The notes below the pieces were generated by a model. It was not told the origin of the DNA. It ran no database searches and saw only the letters and a program-made list of their open reading frames with translations. A stretch of 32,000 nt of DNA from Puniceicoccales bacterium (GTDB taxonomy: Bacteria > Verrucomicrobiota > Verrucomicrobiia > Opitutales > LL51). A program made the position numbers and the translations under genes. The stretch covers positions 1 to 32,000 of the forward strand of contig JAITBP010000010.1 in assembly GCA_031283585.1 (NCBI GenBank), in the 5' to 3' direction. Shown here in pieces: positions 1 through 8,666 of this stretch (position 1 is the first letter of the stretch; the number at the start of each line of letters is the position of its first letter).

Positions 1-23
1 TAAAAATAATTAAAAAATTAATT

Positions 24-845
24 GTGATTTGTATGTTTGTATCTGTTTGCTCGTTGTCTAGAGCAGATAAAGTGGACGAATATATCGATAAAAGTGATGT
101 ATTTTCCTCGATAAATAAAGAAAACCTGGAAAAAATTGATCGTTATATAAACGCAGTCAATAACGGAATACATAATGTTAAGGTAACCAAAATTCCTGAT
201 TTATGTAGTGGAGTCATAGACATATGTAAGTTATTAAAAGAAATGGCAAATTTAATCTTTTTTGCTTCAGGATTGGATAATTATAAAGATAAATTGAGCT
301 TTATTGGTGAAGGTGAAGAAGAAATTAGAGAAATAAAAAAAAGCACAATAATTGCAGCTATATTCAATAATGGAATAGACACCCTTACCCTTAAAGGATG
401 TGATACTGGACCCTTGGGAATTACGCTTAATGATATAAGCAAAAAGGTATATACAAAACTTGGATTATCTAAAGGTAGTGGTTATTATTTTTATATTATT
501 GGATATGATCTTCATAAATTGCTCATTAGGTTCATGGATGCCTTTGTCGGAACAGACTTTAAAGCTTTGATGAAAAAAATAAGGGAATTGCCTGAAGAAG
601 CTACGCAAACTGAATATATTAAACTGTTAGGTGAGGCAGTAAAAATGTCTATAAAGGAAGGCAGATATATACGTTTTTCAAAATTTGTAGATTATTTTAA
701 AAATAAAAAAAATTCAAATTTATTTGAAGAATATTTTAAAAATGAAAAAAATTCAAAATTTAGTGACAGTTATTTACCTATATTTAAAGTAGAAGACGCT
801 TTACGTGATTTTAAAAAGTTATGTAATCCTCAACCCAATAGATAA
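24..845 (+). CDS. hypothetical protein (orphan; no recognisable domain)
   Basis: 273-codon ORF (GTG 24 or ATG 33) in the most AT-rich DNA of the window. Lys/Asn/Ile-rich, with no family motif I can name. The frame is still open at base 3, so the 5' end might lie outside the window. Confidence 0.5.
   Translation: MICMFVSVCSLSRADKVDEYIDKSDVFSSINKENLEKIDRYINAVNNGIHNVKVTKIPDLCSGVIDICKLLKEMANLIFFASGLDNYKDKLSFIGEGEEEIREIKKSTIIAAIFNNGIDTLTLKGCDTGPLGITLNDISKKVYTKLGLSKGSGYYFYIIGYDLHKLLIRFMDAFVGTDFKALMKKIRELPEEATQTEYIKLLGEAVKMSIKEGRYIRFSKFVDYFKNKKNSNLFEEYFKNEKNSKFSDSYLPIFKVEDALRDFKKLCNPQPNR
694..761. repeat. imperfect direct duplication (about 28-29 bp copies, 39-bp period) inside the orphan ORF
   Basis: 'attttaaaaataaaaaaaattcaaattt' (694-721) versus 'attttaaaaatgaaaaaaattcaaaattt' (733-761). 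They encode YFKNKKNSN and YFKNEKNSK. Confidence 0.8.
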
Positions 846-921
846 TCTGGAGAATCTTTAACCTTTGAAAATTGCTTAGCACAATATAGAAAATCAGAAT
901 AACTGAAATTTCACGATGATT

Positions 922-1698
922 TCAATTTGATTGGTGGGAATTTTTTCCCAGGCCAAAGAGGAATTCTCGATTGCCATCGGTGCCAGTAATGGGCGAATCG
1001 GTGACACCTATAAAGGTACTGTTTTCGAGAGAATTTAGTGAAAAATTGATAATGTTATCCCTTATTTTCTCCTGGAGTAATCGGTCTTTGATTACTCCAG
1101 CATATTTGTCAGCATCCTTTTTACCAGCTTCAAACTGAGGTTTTATCAACGCTATTAACATGCCATTAACATCCAGAAGTTTCCAAATATTTTCTAACAC
1201 AAGTTTTAGTGAGATGAATGACAGATCCATTACAATGAGGTCGAACTTCTTGATTGGCAACATGCTAGAATTTACATTACGGGCATTAGTTTTTTCTAAG
1301 TTTATCATCCGTGGATCTTTTTGCAGCTTGTAGTGAAGTTGACCATACCCAACATCGATGCCCAGGACGGTTTTGGCCCCATTTTGCAGTAAACAGTCCG
1401 AAAATCCTCCGGTGGACGCCCCGACATCAAGACACACACAGTCAGTAACTTTGACATCAAATATCTCTATAAAATGGGCCAATTTTTCTCCTGCCCTGCT
1501 CACAAATTTCGCTGGTTGATCTATTAAAAAAGTTTGGCTGACAGGAAATTTTCTACTCGGTTTAGTGACCACATCATCGGCTGATGCTCGAACTTTTCCA
1601 GCCATTATTAGGCACTGGGCTATATTTCGACTGGCAGCTTTACCCTGACTGACCAGCAATTCATCGGCTCTCATCAGCCTTTCCATAGGGCGGTGCAT
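922..1698 (-). CDS. tlyA: TlyA-family rRNA (cytidine-2'-O)-methyltransferase (S4 domain + FtsJ-like methyltransferase)
   Basis: S4-like N-terminus 'RADELLVSQGKAASRNIAQCLIMAGKVR'. SAM-binding 'CLDVGASTGGFSDCLLQNGA' and 'VMDLSFISL'. The start may be an internal Met (1686 or 1674). Confidence 0.9.
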   Translation of the reverse strand: MHRPMERLMRADELLVSQGKAASRNIAQCLIMAGKVRASADDVVTKPSRKFPVSQTFLIDQPAKFVSRAGEKLAHFIEIFDVKVTDCVCLDVGASTGGFSDCLLQNGAKTVLGIDVGYGQLHYKLQKDPRMINLEKTNARNVNSSMLPIKKFDLIVMDLSFISLKLVLENIWKLLDVNGMLIALIKPQFEAGKKDADKYAGVIKDRLLQEKIRDNIINFSLNSLENSTFIGVTDSPITGTDGNREFLFGLGKNSHQSN

Positions 1699-2322
1699 CT
1701 ATTTTGATGTAAATTCCTTAACTTTCATGAATAGTTCACGACTTACCCAGGCATCGGTTGCGGCGTATATTATTTGCTTTTTAGATAGGATTTCTTTGGA
1801 CCAATCTGTAACTTGTAGCGATTTAGATATTCTATACCTGAGGAAGATGCCGGCCAATGTGCGCAGTCCGGTGTTTTCTATGCCCAAAATTTTTGTCAAA
1901 TCGCTTATGTCAACAAATCCAGCATCTTCAAAATTTCCAAGCTCCTTGAGTTTGTTGATATCATCTCTTATGGCGATGCCAACCTTTTTTACATCCTGAG
2001 ATTCCAGGAGCGGTATCAGTGATTTTATGCCATTTATCTTTGCCAGTTTAAACAGATATACGGTTTTGTCCGTGGAAATTTGAACCAATGAAGGTGAATA
2101 GCTTTCGCCTTTTCTAAACGCTGGTTTACTTTCGGTATCGAATCCTAACACATTGTGCTTTAATAACAAATCTACCATACGTTCCGCTTCCTGTGGGGAT
2201 TCTACCAAAATGATTTCACCATTAAAGTTGAACAGCGGCAATTCGGCAAGCTCGGCTTTGCTTATGCTTTTATTAAATGAGAAAATTTTATCTCTTATTG
2301 ATCGTAATAATTTTCCTAACAT
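1699..2322 (-). CDS. 3'-5' exonuclease domain protein (DEDDy, RNase D/WRN-exonuclease-like)
   Basis: ExoI 'LGFDTESKP', ExoII-like 'GIAIRDDINKL' and ExoIII 'YAATDAWVSRELF'. Abuts tlyA with zero gap. Confidence 0.85.
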   Translation of the reverse strand: MLGKLLRSIRDKIFSFNKSISKAELAELPLFNFNGEIILVESPQEAERMVDLLLKHNVLGFDTESKPAFRKGESYSPSLVQISTDKTVYLFKLAKINGIKSLIPLLESQDVKKVGIAIRDDINKLKELGNFEDAGFVDISDLTKILGIENTGLRTLAGIFLRYRISKSLQVTDWSKEILSKKQIIYAATDAWVSRELFMKVKEFTSK

Positions 2323-2394
2323 TTCAGGACGATTGGTTTTTAATTTTCAGCAGATCATACATATGCTTAGGATTTTTTATTATAATAATTATAA

Positions 2395-2470
2395 TGGTGG
2401 AGTCGATCGGATTCGAACCGACGACCTCGTCATTGCGAACGACGCGCTCTACCAACTAAGCTACGACCCC
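2395..2470 (-). tRNA. tRNA-Ala (anticodon CGC), CCA encoded
   Basis: The reverse complement reads GGGGTCGTAGCTTAGTTGGTAGAGCGCGTCGTTCGCAATGACGAGGTCGTCGGTTCGAATCCGATCGACTCCACCA. It folds by hand into a cloverleaf: 7-bp acceptor with the G3:U70 alanine identity pair, anticodon loop TTCGCAA giving CGC, T-arm GGTTCGAATCC, and a 3' CCA. Confidence 0.95.
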
Positions 2471-2530
2471 TTTTTCAGCTTAGATACTCGATTCGATTGG
2501 CCCAAAGTCAAGGTTTCGTTACAAAACCAC

Positions 2531-5443
2531 CTATATTTCTATTAATTTGCCCCGTTGCGTGCTGTATATGTACTTCTCTGGTATTGTGTTAAAGATCTTG
2601 GTTATGGCATAGCCGTAGAGCGTAATCTGGTTGGAATATTTTTTTTCAAAATGCTTTTCCGTGATGGTGAAGTCGGTTTTCCAATCTATTATTATAAAAA
2701 CGTTGTTTTTGGTCTTTACCAGCATATCGATTCTGCCATCGATCAGGGTTGTTTTTTCATGAATTACACAAAAGCTATACTCGGTTAGAACGATGTCTGA
2801 TTCCTGGATAATGTGCATAAATGGTGAGCAATTGATTAGCTTATCTATTTCCAGTGCAAGACGTTCATTGTCAGTTTCATGGGCCGTTTTCACCATAGAT
2901 TGCTTAAAATTTTTGTCATTCCATTGGATTGAATTCAGGGTTTCATGCCACAATGTGCCGTATATTTGTCCACGGATGTCATGATCATCGGTTTTTGGTG
3001 GTGTATTTTCAGCGGTTATTCCGGTGTTATGGTCGGCCGAGCTGGGAGAGATTTTGTTGTATAACAGGTAACTTTTCTCATTGGGGTTGTTGAAGCTGTG
3101 AAGAAAGTTTCCTCCGGCTGTTGTCCAGGGTTTCGGATCAGGAGGCACAGCAGATGCGGTGGCCGGCTCGTGGTTAAATTTGGCCAAATTGTTAAACAAT
3201 ATAAAGTTATTTGATGCTTCGTCGGTTAGTTTTAACAGGGCTGCTGTTGAGCCTGAATTATCTGCAAAAATAGCCCTATCATCGATAAATATGGCTGAGG
3301 ATTTTTGCCTTGTAAGTGCTACATAACCAAGGCGTTCGTCATTTTGTCTAGAGGTTAATTTTTGGGTATTTATATAATCGGTTTCCTGGAGTGCATTCAG
3401 CATGATTTTGTAGCCCGACTCGGTCCTTACCAACCTTGGGAATTGCGACTCGTGCTGCCTTTTCCCTCTAAACAGGAATGGAAATATAACTACTTCCCAC
3501 TCAAGACCTTTTGCCTTATGGAATGTGTACAACTGTATGGCATTTTTATCCATGGGCTGAGGTGGTTGTTCTTCGGATAAAAGCTGTTTCAATTGGTGGC
3601 AAAACTCATATATTTGGACACCATGTGCGTCGGCATCCTGGGCCAGTGCAAACAGGTAATCCAGTGTGGAAAAAATTTCATCTCTGGCAGCTGGGAAAAT
3701 TGCTAAGCATTTGTCCACAAGATAGATCGAGGATAATATTTCCTTTAAAATCGAGCTAATGTTTTTGGTATAAATTTCTGCCCTCAATGCCTCAAAAAGT
3801 CCATCTATCTCAGCTATATTTTTGTCTTTTTTTATTTTAAAATGATCGGCGGCCGCACTGTCTTTTATTGCGAATATCTCATGCAAAATCCCGGCAAACT
3901 CAAATAAATTATCCGGCTCACAAAGGTATATCAGAACCACTGTTACCCAGGAAAAAATCGTACTATCCCCATGGGTCATGGCCTGGGACTGGATTTGTAT
4001 TTTTGGCAGAAAAAAATCCCCGGAAAATGCTTCCTTTATCTCTGATAGCCAATTTCTTCGTGGACATAGGATGGCTATATCGGACCAGGTTGAAACATGA
4101 AAATTTTCAGGGGTTTTGCGAAAAAATAACGACTTTATGGCATTGGTTTCAACGATAACAGGGTCTTCATTTTTTTCATCATTAATGTTGGATACTGAGA
4201 TTTTAGACCAGGCGGTATCTGTTGCTGAAGTTTTTTCCGAATCCAGCTTTACTAGGCGGACCTGGCCATTTTCCCCATCTAGTATTTTGTCAAAAAGACT
4301 ATTTATAGCTTTTGCGATATTCCGGCTGAACCTTTGGGTTAATGAGAAGGTCAATTCAGTTGCGATGTCGTTGGCTATCAGGTCATTATGTATCTTTAAA
4401 TAGGTTGAAACGTCGGTGCGATCTCCGTAGATAGATTGCTGCGGATCACCGACCATGCAAAAGGTACCATTGGTGGGAAAGCTTTGGTAGTTATTTTCAG
4501 CATAGTGTTTGTCTACCAGGCCAAGTAGTAGCTTAAATTGTTCAGGATCAGTATCTTGAGCCTCATCTAAAATAACAGAATATTTTTTTTGCTTTAGTTT
4601 GATGGCATAGGGTTCACTGGCATAGACCACCCTGTTGGCCAATTTAAGCAGATCATCGAAGGTCAGCTTTCCGATCCCAATCCTATAGGCCAGAAATTTT
4701 TCATTTATACTGTTAATCACATAACCATAGGTATTTGTGGCCCAATTTAATACTGGCATGACCGCCGGCCTGTAGATTTCCAAAAAATCCCTGGACTTGG
4801 TTGAACACTCAGGGAATCGGTAGGGAAATTTTTCTATGCTATCCAGCCATCTTTTTAATTCATTTTGAATCTTTGTTATATTTTTAGCCCTTGGCCCTGC
4901 TTTGAATGCCAAGACCTCTTCTAGATTGATGCCCGGCCAATCATCGATGGAACCAATTGTTGGGTAATGACTTAGGTGAATGTATGAGGCCTGGATATCC
5001 TTGTATTTCAGGAATGACAAAAGGCGACTTCTGATGTGTTCAGGTAGGCATGAAAGATGATCGTTTTCTGAAGAAAAATCGTTCCACAGCAAAGAAACGT
5101 CCTGTTCTATTTTGAAGCCAGGGTTCAATCCCAAATACATTAGATTTTCACTTATTATTTTTGTGGCCAGCTCATGGATTGTACCGAAAAATATGCCATT
5201 AATTTTCTCCGAAACCCTCGATTTTAGTTCCACATTAGTACGCTCAAGTAGTTCTTTTGCAGCCTTTTGGGTATAGGTGACCACCAGCAAAGAGTCCAAT
5301 TTTTCCGGGACACGCCGGGCAATTTCTGCAATTCTTTTTGCGATGGCCGTGGTTTTTCCTACGCCGGCCGGTGCAATCACAGAAAAATTCATATGATGCT
5401 CCTCTAGGAATCTTTTTCTGTTTAGTGTGTCTGTGCTAATCAT
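2531..5443 (-). CDS. UvrD/Rep-family helicase fused to a C-terminal PD-(D/E)XK (RecB-type) nuclease; AddA-like helicase-nuclease
   Basis: Helicase motifs: I 'APAGVGKT', Ia 'VVTYTQKAAKEL', II 'ILDEAQDT', III 'VGDPQQSIYG', V/VI 'TFHKAKGLEWEVV' and 'LGYVALTRQK'. Nuclease motifs 'GRIDMLV', 'IIDWKTD' and 'QITLYGYA'. I place the start at ATG 5443 (MISTD...) because it forms an ATGA overlap with the rsmE stop. The longest ORF runs to 5479. Confidence 0.9.
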   Translation of the reverse strand: MISTDTLNRKRFLEEHHMNFSVIAPAGVGKTTAIAKRIAEIARRVPEKLDSLLVVTYTQKAAKELLERTNVELKSRVSEKINGIFFGTIHELATKIISENLMYLGLNPGFKIEQDVSLLWNDFSSENDHLSCLPEHIRSRLLSFLKYKDIQASYIHLSHYPTIGSIDDWPGINLEEVLAFKAGPRAKNITKIQNELKRWLDSIEKFPYRFPECSTKSRDFLEIYRPAVMPVLNWATNTYGYVINSINEKFLAYRIGIGKLTFDDLLKLANRVVYASEPYAIKLKQKKYSVILDEAQDTDPEQFKLLLGLVDKHYAENNYQSFPTNGTFCMVGDPQQSIYGDRTDVSTYLKIHNDLIANDIATELTFSLTQRFSRNIAKAINSLFDKILDGENGQVRLVKLDSEKTSATDTAWSKISVSNINDEKNEDPVIVETNAIKSLFFRKTPENFHVSTWSDIAILCPRRNWLSEIKEAFSGDFFLPKIQIQSQAMTHGDSTIFSWVTVVLIYLCEPDNLFEFAGILHEIFAIKDSAAADHFKIKKDKNIAEIDGLFEALRAEIYTKNISSILKEILSSIYLVDKCLAIFPAARDEIFSTLDYLFALAQDADAHGVQIYEFCHQLKQLLSEEQPPQPMDKNAIQLYTFHKAKGLEWEVVIFPFLFRGKRQHESQFPRLVRTESGYKIMLNALQETDYINTQKLTSRQNDERLGYVALTRQKSSAIFIDDRAIFADNSGSTAALLKLTDEASNNFILFNNLAKFNHEPATASAVPPDPKPWTTAGGNFLHSFNNPNEKSYLLYNKISPSSADHNTGITAENTPPKTDDHDIRGQIYGTLWHETLNSIQWNDKNFKQSMVKTAHETDNERLALEIDKLINCSPFMHIIQESDIVLTEYSFCVIHEKTTLIDGRIDMLVKTKNNVFIIIDWKTDFTITEKHFEKKYSNQITLYGYAITKIFNTIPEKYIYSTQRGKLIEI

Positions 5444-6180
5444 CGCAGTGCTATCTGGTCCGTTAAACTCAAAAGGCATAAAGCCGCTGTTTCAGACCTT
5501 AATATGTTCTGAGTCAATCTGATAAATTTCACACCCCGGGTTAGCATCATTTCATATTCCCGCTGGGAAAAATCACCTTCCGGGCCAATAATTAGATTTA
5601 CGGTTTGTGCATTGCATATTTCTGTCTGATAATCAGTTATTCGCTTTTCGTCGGTACTGTATAAACTCCCGACTATCGAAATTTCAGTGAATGTATTTAA
5701 AAATAAAAAACTTTCGATGGCAACTGGATTTAGTATTTCTGGAACAAATGCCTCGCCGGATTGCTTGCAGGATTCGATTGCTATTGCTCTCCAGTGCAAT
5801 AACTTGCTGGTTGCTGATTTTTTATCAAATTTTACCTCGGTTCTTTCGGTGACCAGCGGCAAAATTTTTGCCACACCCAGCGCCGAGGCATCTCTGATAA
5901 CCAGATCCATGGCTTTGTTTTTCAACAGAGCCTGGCATAGTACTAATCGGCTCCGCTTGTAAATACTTACGGCTCCTATTTGCAGTTCGACCAGGTCCCC
6001 AATTTTACCGCAAACGGTGGCGTCGGCTATTTCACCATGGCCGTTCATCAGCCGCACAGAGTCAGAGGGTCTAACTCTAAGAACCCTAAGCAGATGATGT
6101 GATTCCTGTTTCGAAATTAGGCATCTTGATCCCGGGGCCAATTTTGTCTGTTCACCAACGAAACAACGGATGGTTGACAT
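5440..6180 (-). CDS. rsmE: 16S rRNA (uracil1498-N3)-methyltransferase RsmE
   Basis: PUA-like N-terminus 'ESHHLLRVLRVR', 'IIGPEGDFSQREYEMM' and 'LRSETAALCLLS', typical of the RsmE/SPOUT family at 246 aa. Confidence 0.9.
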   Translation of the reverse strand: MSTIRCFVGEQTKLAPGSRCLISKQESHHLLRVLRVRPSDSVRLMNGHGEIADATVCGKIGDLVELQIGAVSIYKRSRLVLCQALLKNKAMDLVIRDASALGVAKILPLVTERTEVKFDKKSATSKLLHWRAIAIESCKQSGEAFVPEILNPVAIESFLFLNTFTEISIVGSLYSTDEKRITDYQTEICNAQTVNLIIGPEGDFSQREYEMMLTRGVKFIRLTQNILRSETAALCLLSLTDQIALR

Positions 6181-6184
6181 ATGC

Positions 6185-6901
6185 CTAGACCTTAGGAATT
6201 ATCGGTTCGATGTCCGTGGTTTTTACCCAGCCACGCACACCAGTTTTGGATTTAATATGAACAAAATTGTTCTTTGAAGAAGATGCTTTAACATACTCGC
6301 CTTCATTGACTTGGCCGATTTTTGAGCTCTTGGATACCGGTGCTGCTAGCAGTTCTGCTCCATTATTTATCACAATTGCTGCGGATAGGCCATCGGTGGT
6401 CAGTTTATTAATTTCAACGAGTGCCAACGTAAAAATGATGGCAAACAATCCAGCCATTACCGTAGATATTTTTGAGAATTTCCTTGTCATAATAATCAAT
6501 GAAATGAAGAATACGGCTTTCCAAAACGAAATACATGCCAGGGCTAGCCATAGCTTGATGGTTTTTGGCTGAGAGTATTCTGCCAGGCCGGTGTCGGGCT
6601 GTATTCCCAATTTATTTCGAATATCATTTATCTGGCTTAGAACTTTTTTAGATTGGTTGATATGCCTGGCTCTCTCGAAATTAAGCAATGCTAACCCATT
6701 GTTGCCATTATATTTATGCGCCATCCCTAGATTGAATAATTTCGCAAATGAATAGCCTTCTTCTGCTATTGCTCCGTTGTAGGATTCGATCGCTTCCTGG
6801 TATTTCCCGTTATTAAAGTATTCATTTCCATCGAAAAAACTGTTTTCTGCCAAAGCAGTTGTAACCAAGAATAATTGTAAAAATAGGTATATTATTTTCA
6901 T
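6185..6901 (-). CDS. batE: BatE-like protein (signal peptide, TPR, TM segments, C-terminal bacterial SH3 domain)
   Basis: Signal peptide 'MKIIYLFLQLFLVTTALA', TPR 'GNEYFNNGKYQEAIESYNGAI' and SH3-like 'FVHIKSKTGVRGWVKTTDIEPI'. Last gene of the Bat operon. ATG 6901 is preferred over the TTG at 6919 used in the ORF track. Confidence 0.75.
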   Translation of the reverse strand: MKIIYLFLQLFLVTTALAENSFFDGNEYFNNGKYQEAIESYNGAIAEEGYSFAKLFNLGMAHKYNGNNGLALLNFERARHINQSKKVLSQINDIRNKLGIQPDTGLAEYSQPKTIKLWLALACISFWKAVFFISLIIMTRKFSKISTVMAGLFAIIFTLALVEINKLTTDGLSAAIVINNGAELLAAPVSKSSKIGQVNEGEYVKASSSKNNFVHIKSKTGVRGWVKTTDIEPIIPKV

Positions 6902-6908
6902 TTTACTT

Positions 6909-8663
6909 CTATTTACCAAAACTGTTTATAAATTTACTGAATTCGCTAGCCAGCTCTTTTGTATGGGTTATGTCCGGCTGATGGCTACTAAACACTACCA
7001 TTTCGGATTCGCTGAGAAAATTTTTCAGCCAGGCTTTTGTTTCATTAGTTAAATTAACCCTACCAATCGTTTCATCAATATTGTGTAGGCCAGGATCGAT
7101 TTTTTGGCCCGAAACCAATTCTAATTTCTTTGCGATGGCTATTCTTGCGTGTTCATAAAATGCTTTAGAGTCAGAGGATTTTAACGCAAGTAACGCTGAG
7201 TTATAGGCCTTGGAAAATTCCTCTTTTGCGGATAATTTTGTTTTTTGGGATGAGTTTCTTTGTGCGTTACATGAAGCTCTTAGACGAATTATTCCAATTG
7301 CCACCAGAAAAAACATTACCAGGTTCAATAACCAGAACCACCTGTCATATATATTCAGCCCAATGGATGGATAATTATTTGAATCTACATAGATAAGCGA
7401 ATCATCATAGGTTTTGTGTTTTTTCGCTGTGACATTTTTCTGATTTTTCTGATTTTTCTGATTTTTTTGATTATCATCACCGCTAGGCTGGCTAAAATTG
7501 CCGGATCTGGAGACAATTACCTCCCTATCACCGCCAATGTCTATTGTTTTATATTCCCTTAGACTAGGATTAAAATAAGAAAATTTCAGACTAGGGATTT
7601 TGATCTGACCAGTTGTTTTTGGCGCTATTACATAGTCAAAGGTTTTGCTACCATAATAGCCGATTTTGTCGTCGGCTGTAAAATTTGCTTTGGGTGTATA
7701 AACCTTCCAGTTTTCATCCTCATCCAGCCTGGGAATTTTCATTCTCTGGAAATTACCGTTGCCGGTTATCTCGATGCTTAATGTGATTGGATCGTTCACG
7801 AGGGCACTATCCGTGGATAATTTAATCCTTCCAAGCTTAAAATCACCGATGGCTTCGGAAAAATCGTTTGGTTGAGAGTTCTGCGGTAATTGCTTTATGT
7901 CCAATGCCATAGTGTCACTTGATAAAATAACATCTTTGCTAACCGGAAAAAGTACGAACTCATAGGGTATGGTGACGGTCATCGGCAACTCGTATAAAAA
8001 TGTGCTATTTCCTGATTTTATTGGAGTTATTGTGGTATCCCAGGAACATGAAATTTTGTCATTACCGGCTAAAGTCGTATGCGCCGAAAATGGCCCATCA
8101 GAGAACGAATCACCGACCTTTATAGGTGCGTTGGTTTTCAGCTGCCATTCACAGGCCGCTGACATTTTTGCAATTATTTTAATCGGTATCGATTCTCCAA
8201 CAAAATACTCCCGCTCTTTATCAAATTCTATGTCTATCCAACCCTGGCGATTTTCATTGGAAGAAACCTTTTTGTGTGCCGATTTTTTGTCCAATATTTT
8301 AAGCGTTGCTGCTGGAACATCATAGGACTTTGATCCAATGTTAACCTTATAGCTTGGTATGGTCACCACTCCCGGTGTTGTGGGTATGGCTGAATATATT
8401 TTTACGGATTTCTGTGTCACAGCACCATTGATGTTTGTCACGGTGACATAGCTCTGCACCGAATGCCCCAGCTCAATACCATCTACATTTGGAAAATCCA
8501 GGTCAACTGCTCTGACTCCGACGAATTCGACCACATATTGACTAGTGTCATTTATGGAGATTTCGTCCGGATCGAACCGGGCAGTTATTTGCATTTCGGC
8601 ACAAAACCCGATCAGGCTGTGCGACATACATAGGATAAGAAAAAACTTTTGCATCACTTTCAT
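6909..8663 (-). CDS. batD: BatD-like oxygen-tolerance protein (signal peptide, beta-rich ectodomain, TM near the C-terminal third)
   Basis: 584 aa with an N-terminal signal, a long beta-rich region, TM 'WFWLLNLVMFFLVAIGIIRL' and a C-terminal helical domain. Its position after batB/C matches the canonical Bat operon. Confidence 0.8.
   Translation of the reverse strand: MKVMQKFFLILCMSHSLIGFCAEMQITARFDPDEISINDTSQYVVEFVGVRAVDLDFPNVDGIELGHSVQSYVTVTNINGAVTQKSVKIYSAIPTTPGVVTIPSYKVNIGSKSYDVPAATLKILDKKSAHKKVSSNENRQGWIDIEFDKEREYFVGESIPIKIIAKMSAACEWQLKTNAPIKVGDSFSDGPFSAHTTLAGNDKISCSWDTTITPIKSGNSTFLYELPMTVTIPYEFVLFPVSKDVILSSDTMALDIKQLPQNSQPNDFSEAIGDFKLGRIKLSTDSALVNDPITLSIEITGNGNFQRMKIPRLDEDENWKVYTPKANFTADDKIGYYGSKTFDYVIAPKTTGQIKIPSLKFSYFNPSLREYKTIDIGGDREVIVSRSGNFSQPSGDDNQKNQKNQKNQKNVTAKKHKTYDDSLIYVDSNNYPSIGLNIYDRWFWLLNLVMFFLVAIGIIRLRASCNAQRNSSQKTKLSAKEEFSKAYNSALLALKSSDSKAFYEHARIAIAKKLELVSGQKIDPGLHNIDETIGRVNLTNETKAWLKNFLSESEMVVFSSHQPDITHTKELASEFSKFINSFGK
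7435..7470. repeat. 9-bp tandem repeat (tttttctga x3 plus tttttttga) inside batD
   Basis: Units at 7435-7443, 7444-7452, 7453-7461 and 7462-7470. On the coding strand they encode (NQK)n: 'DDNQKNQKNQKNQKN'. Confidence 0.9.
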
Positions 8664-8666
8664 AAA

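Noticed and set aside
2153-2545. 130-aa and 60-aa plus-strand ORFs spanning the tRNA-Ala gene and the exonuclease 5' end.
   Set aside because: They run straight through a well-folded tRNA on the other strand and through the start of a motif-bearing gene, so they are spurious.
1699-5443. The helicase-nuclease plus DEDDy exonuclease flanking a tRNA, considered as a defence island or as a tRNA-targeted integration site.
   Set aside because: No integrase, no duplicated tRNA 3' segment that I could spot, and no accessory ATPase or toxin genes are present. The helicase is translationally coupled to rsmE and the whole array is housekeeping, so DNA repair and RNA processing roles are more parsimonious.
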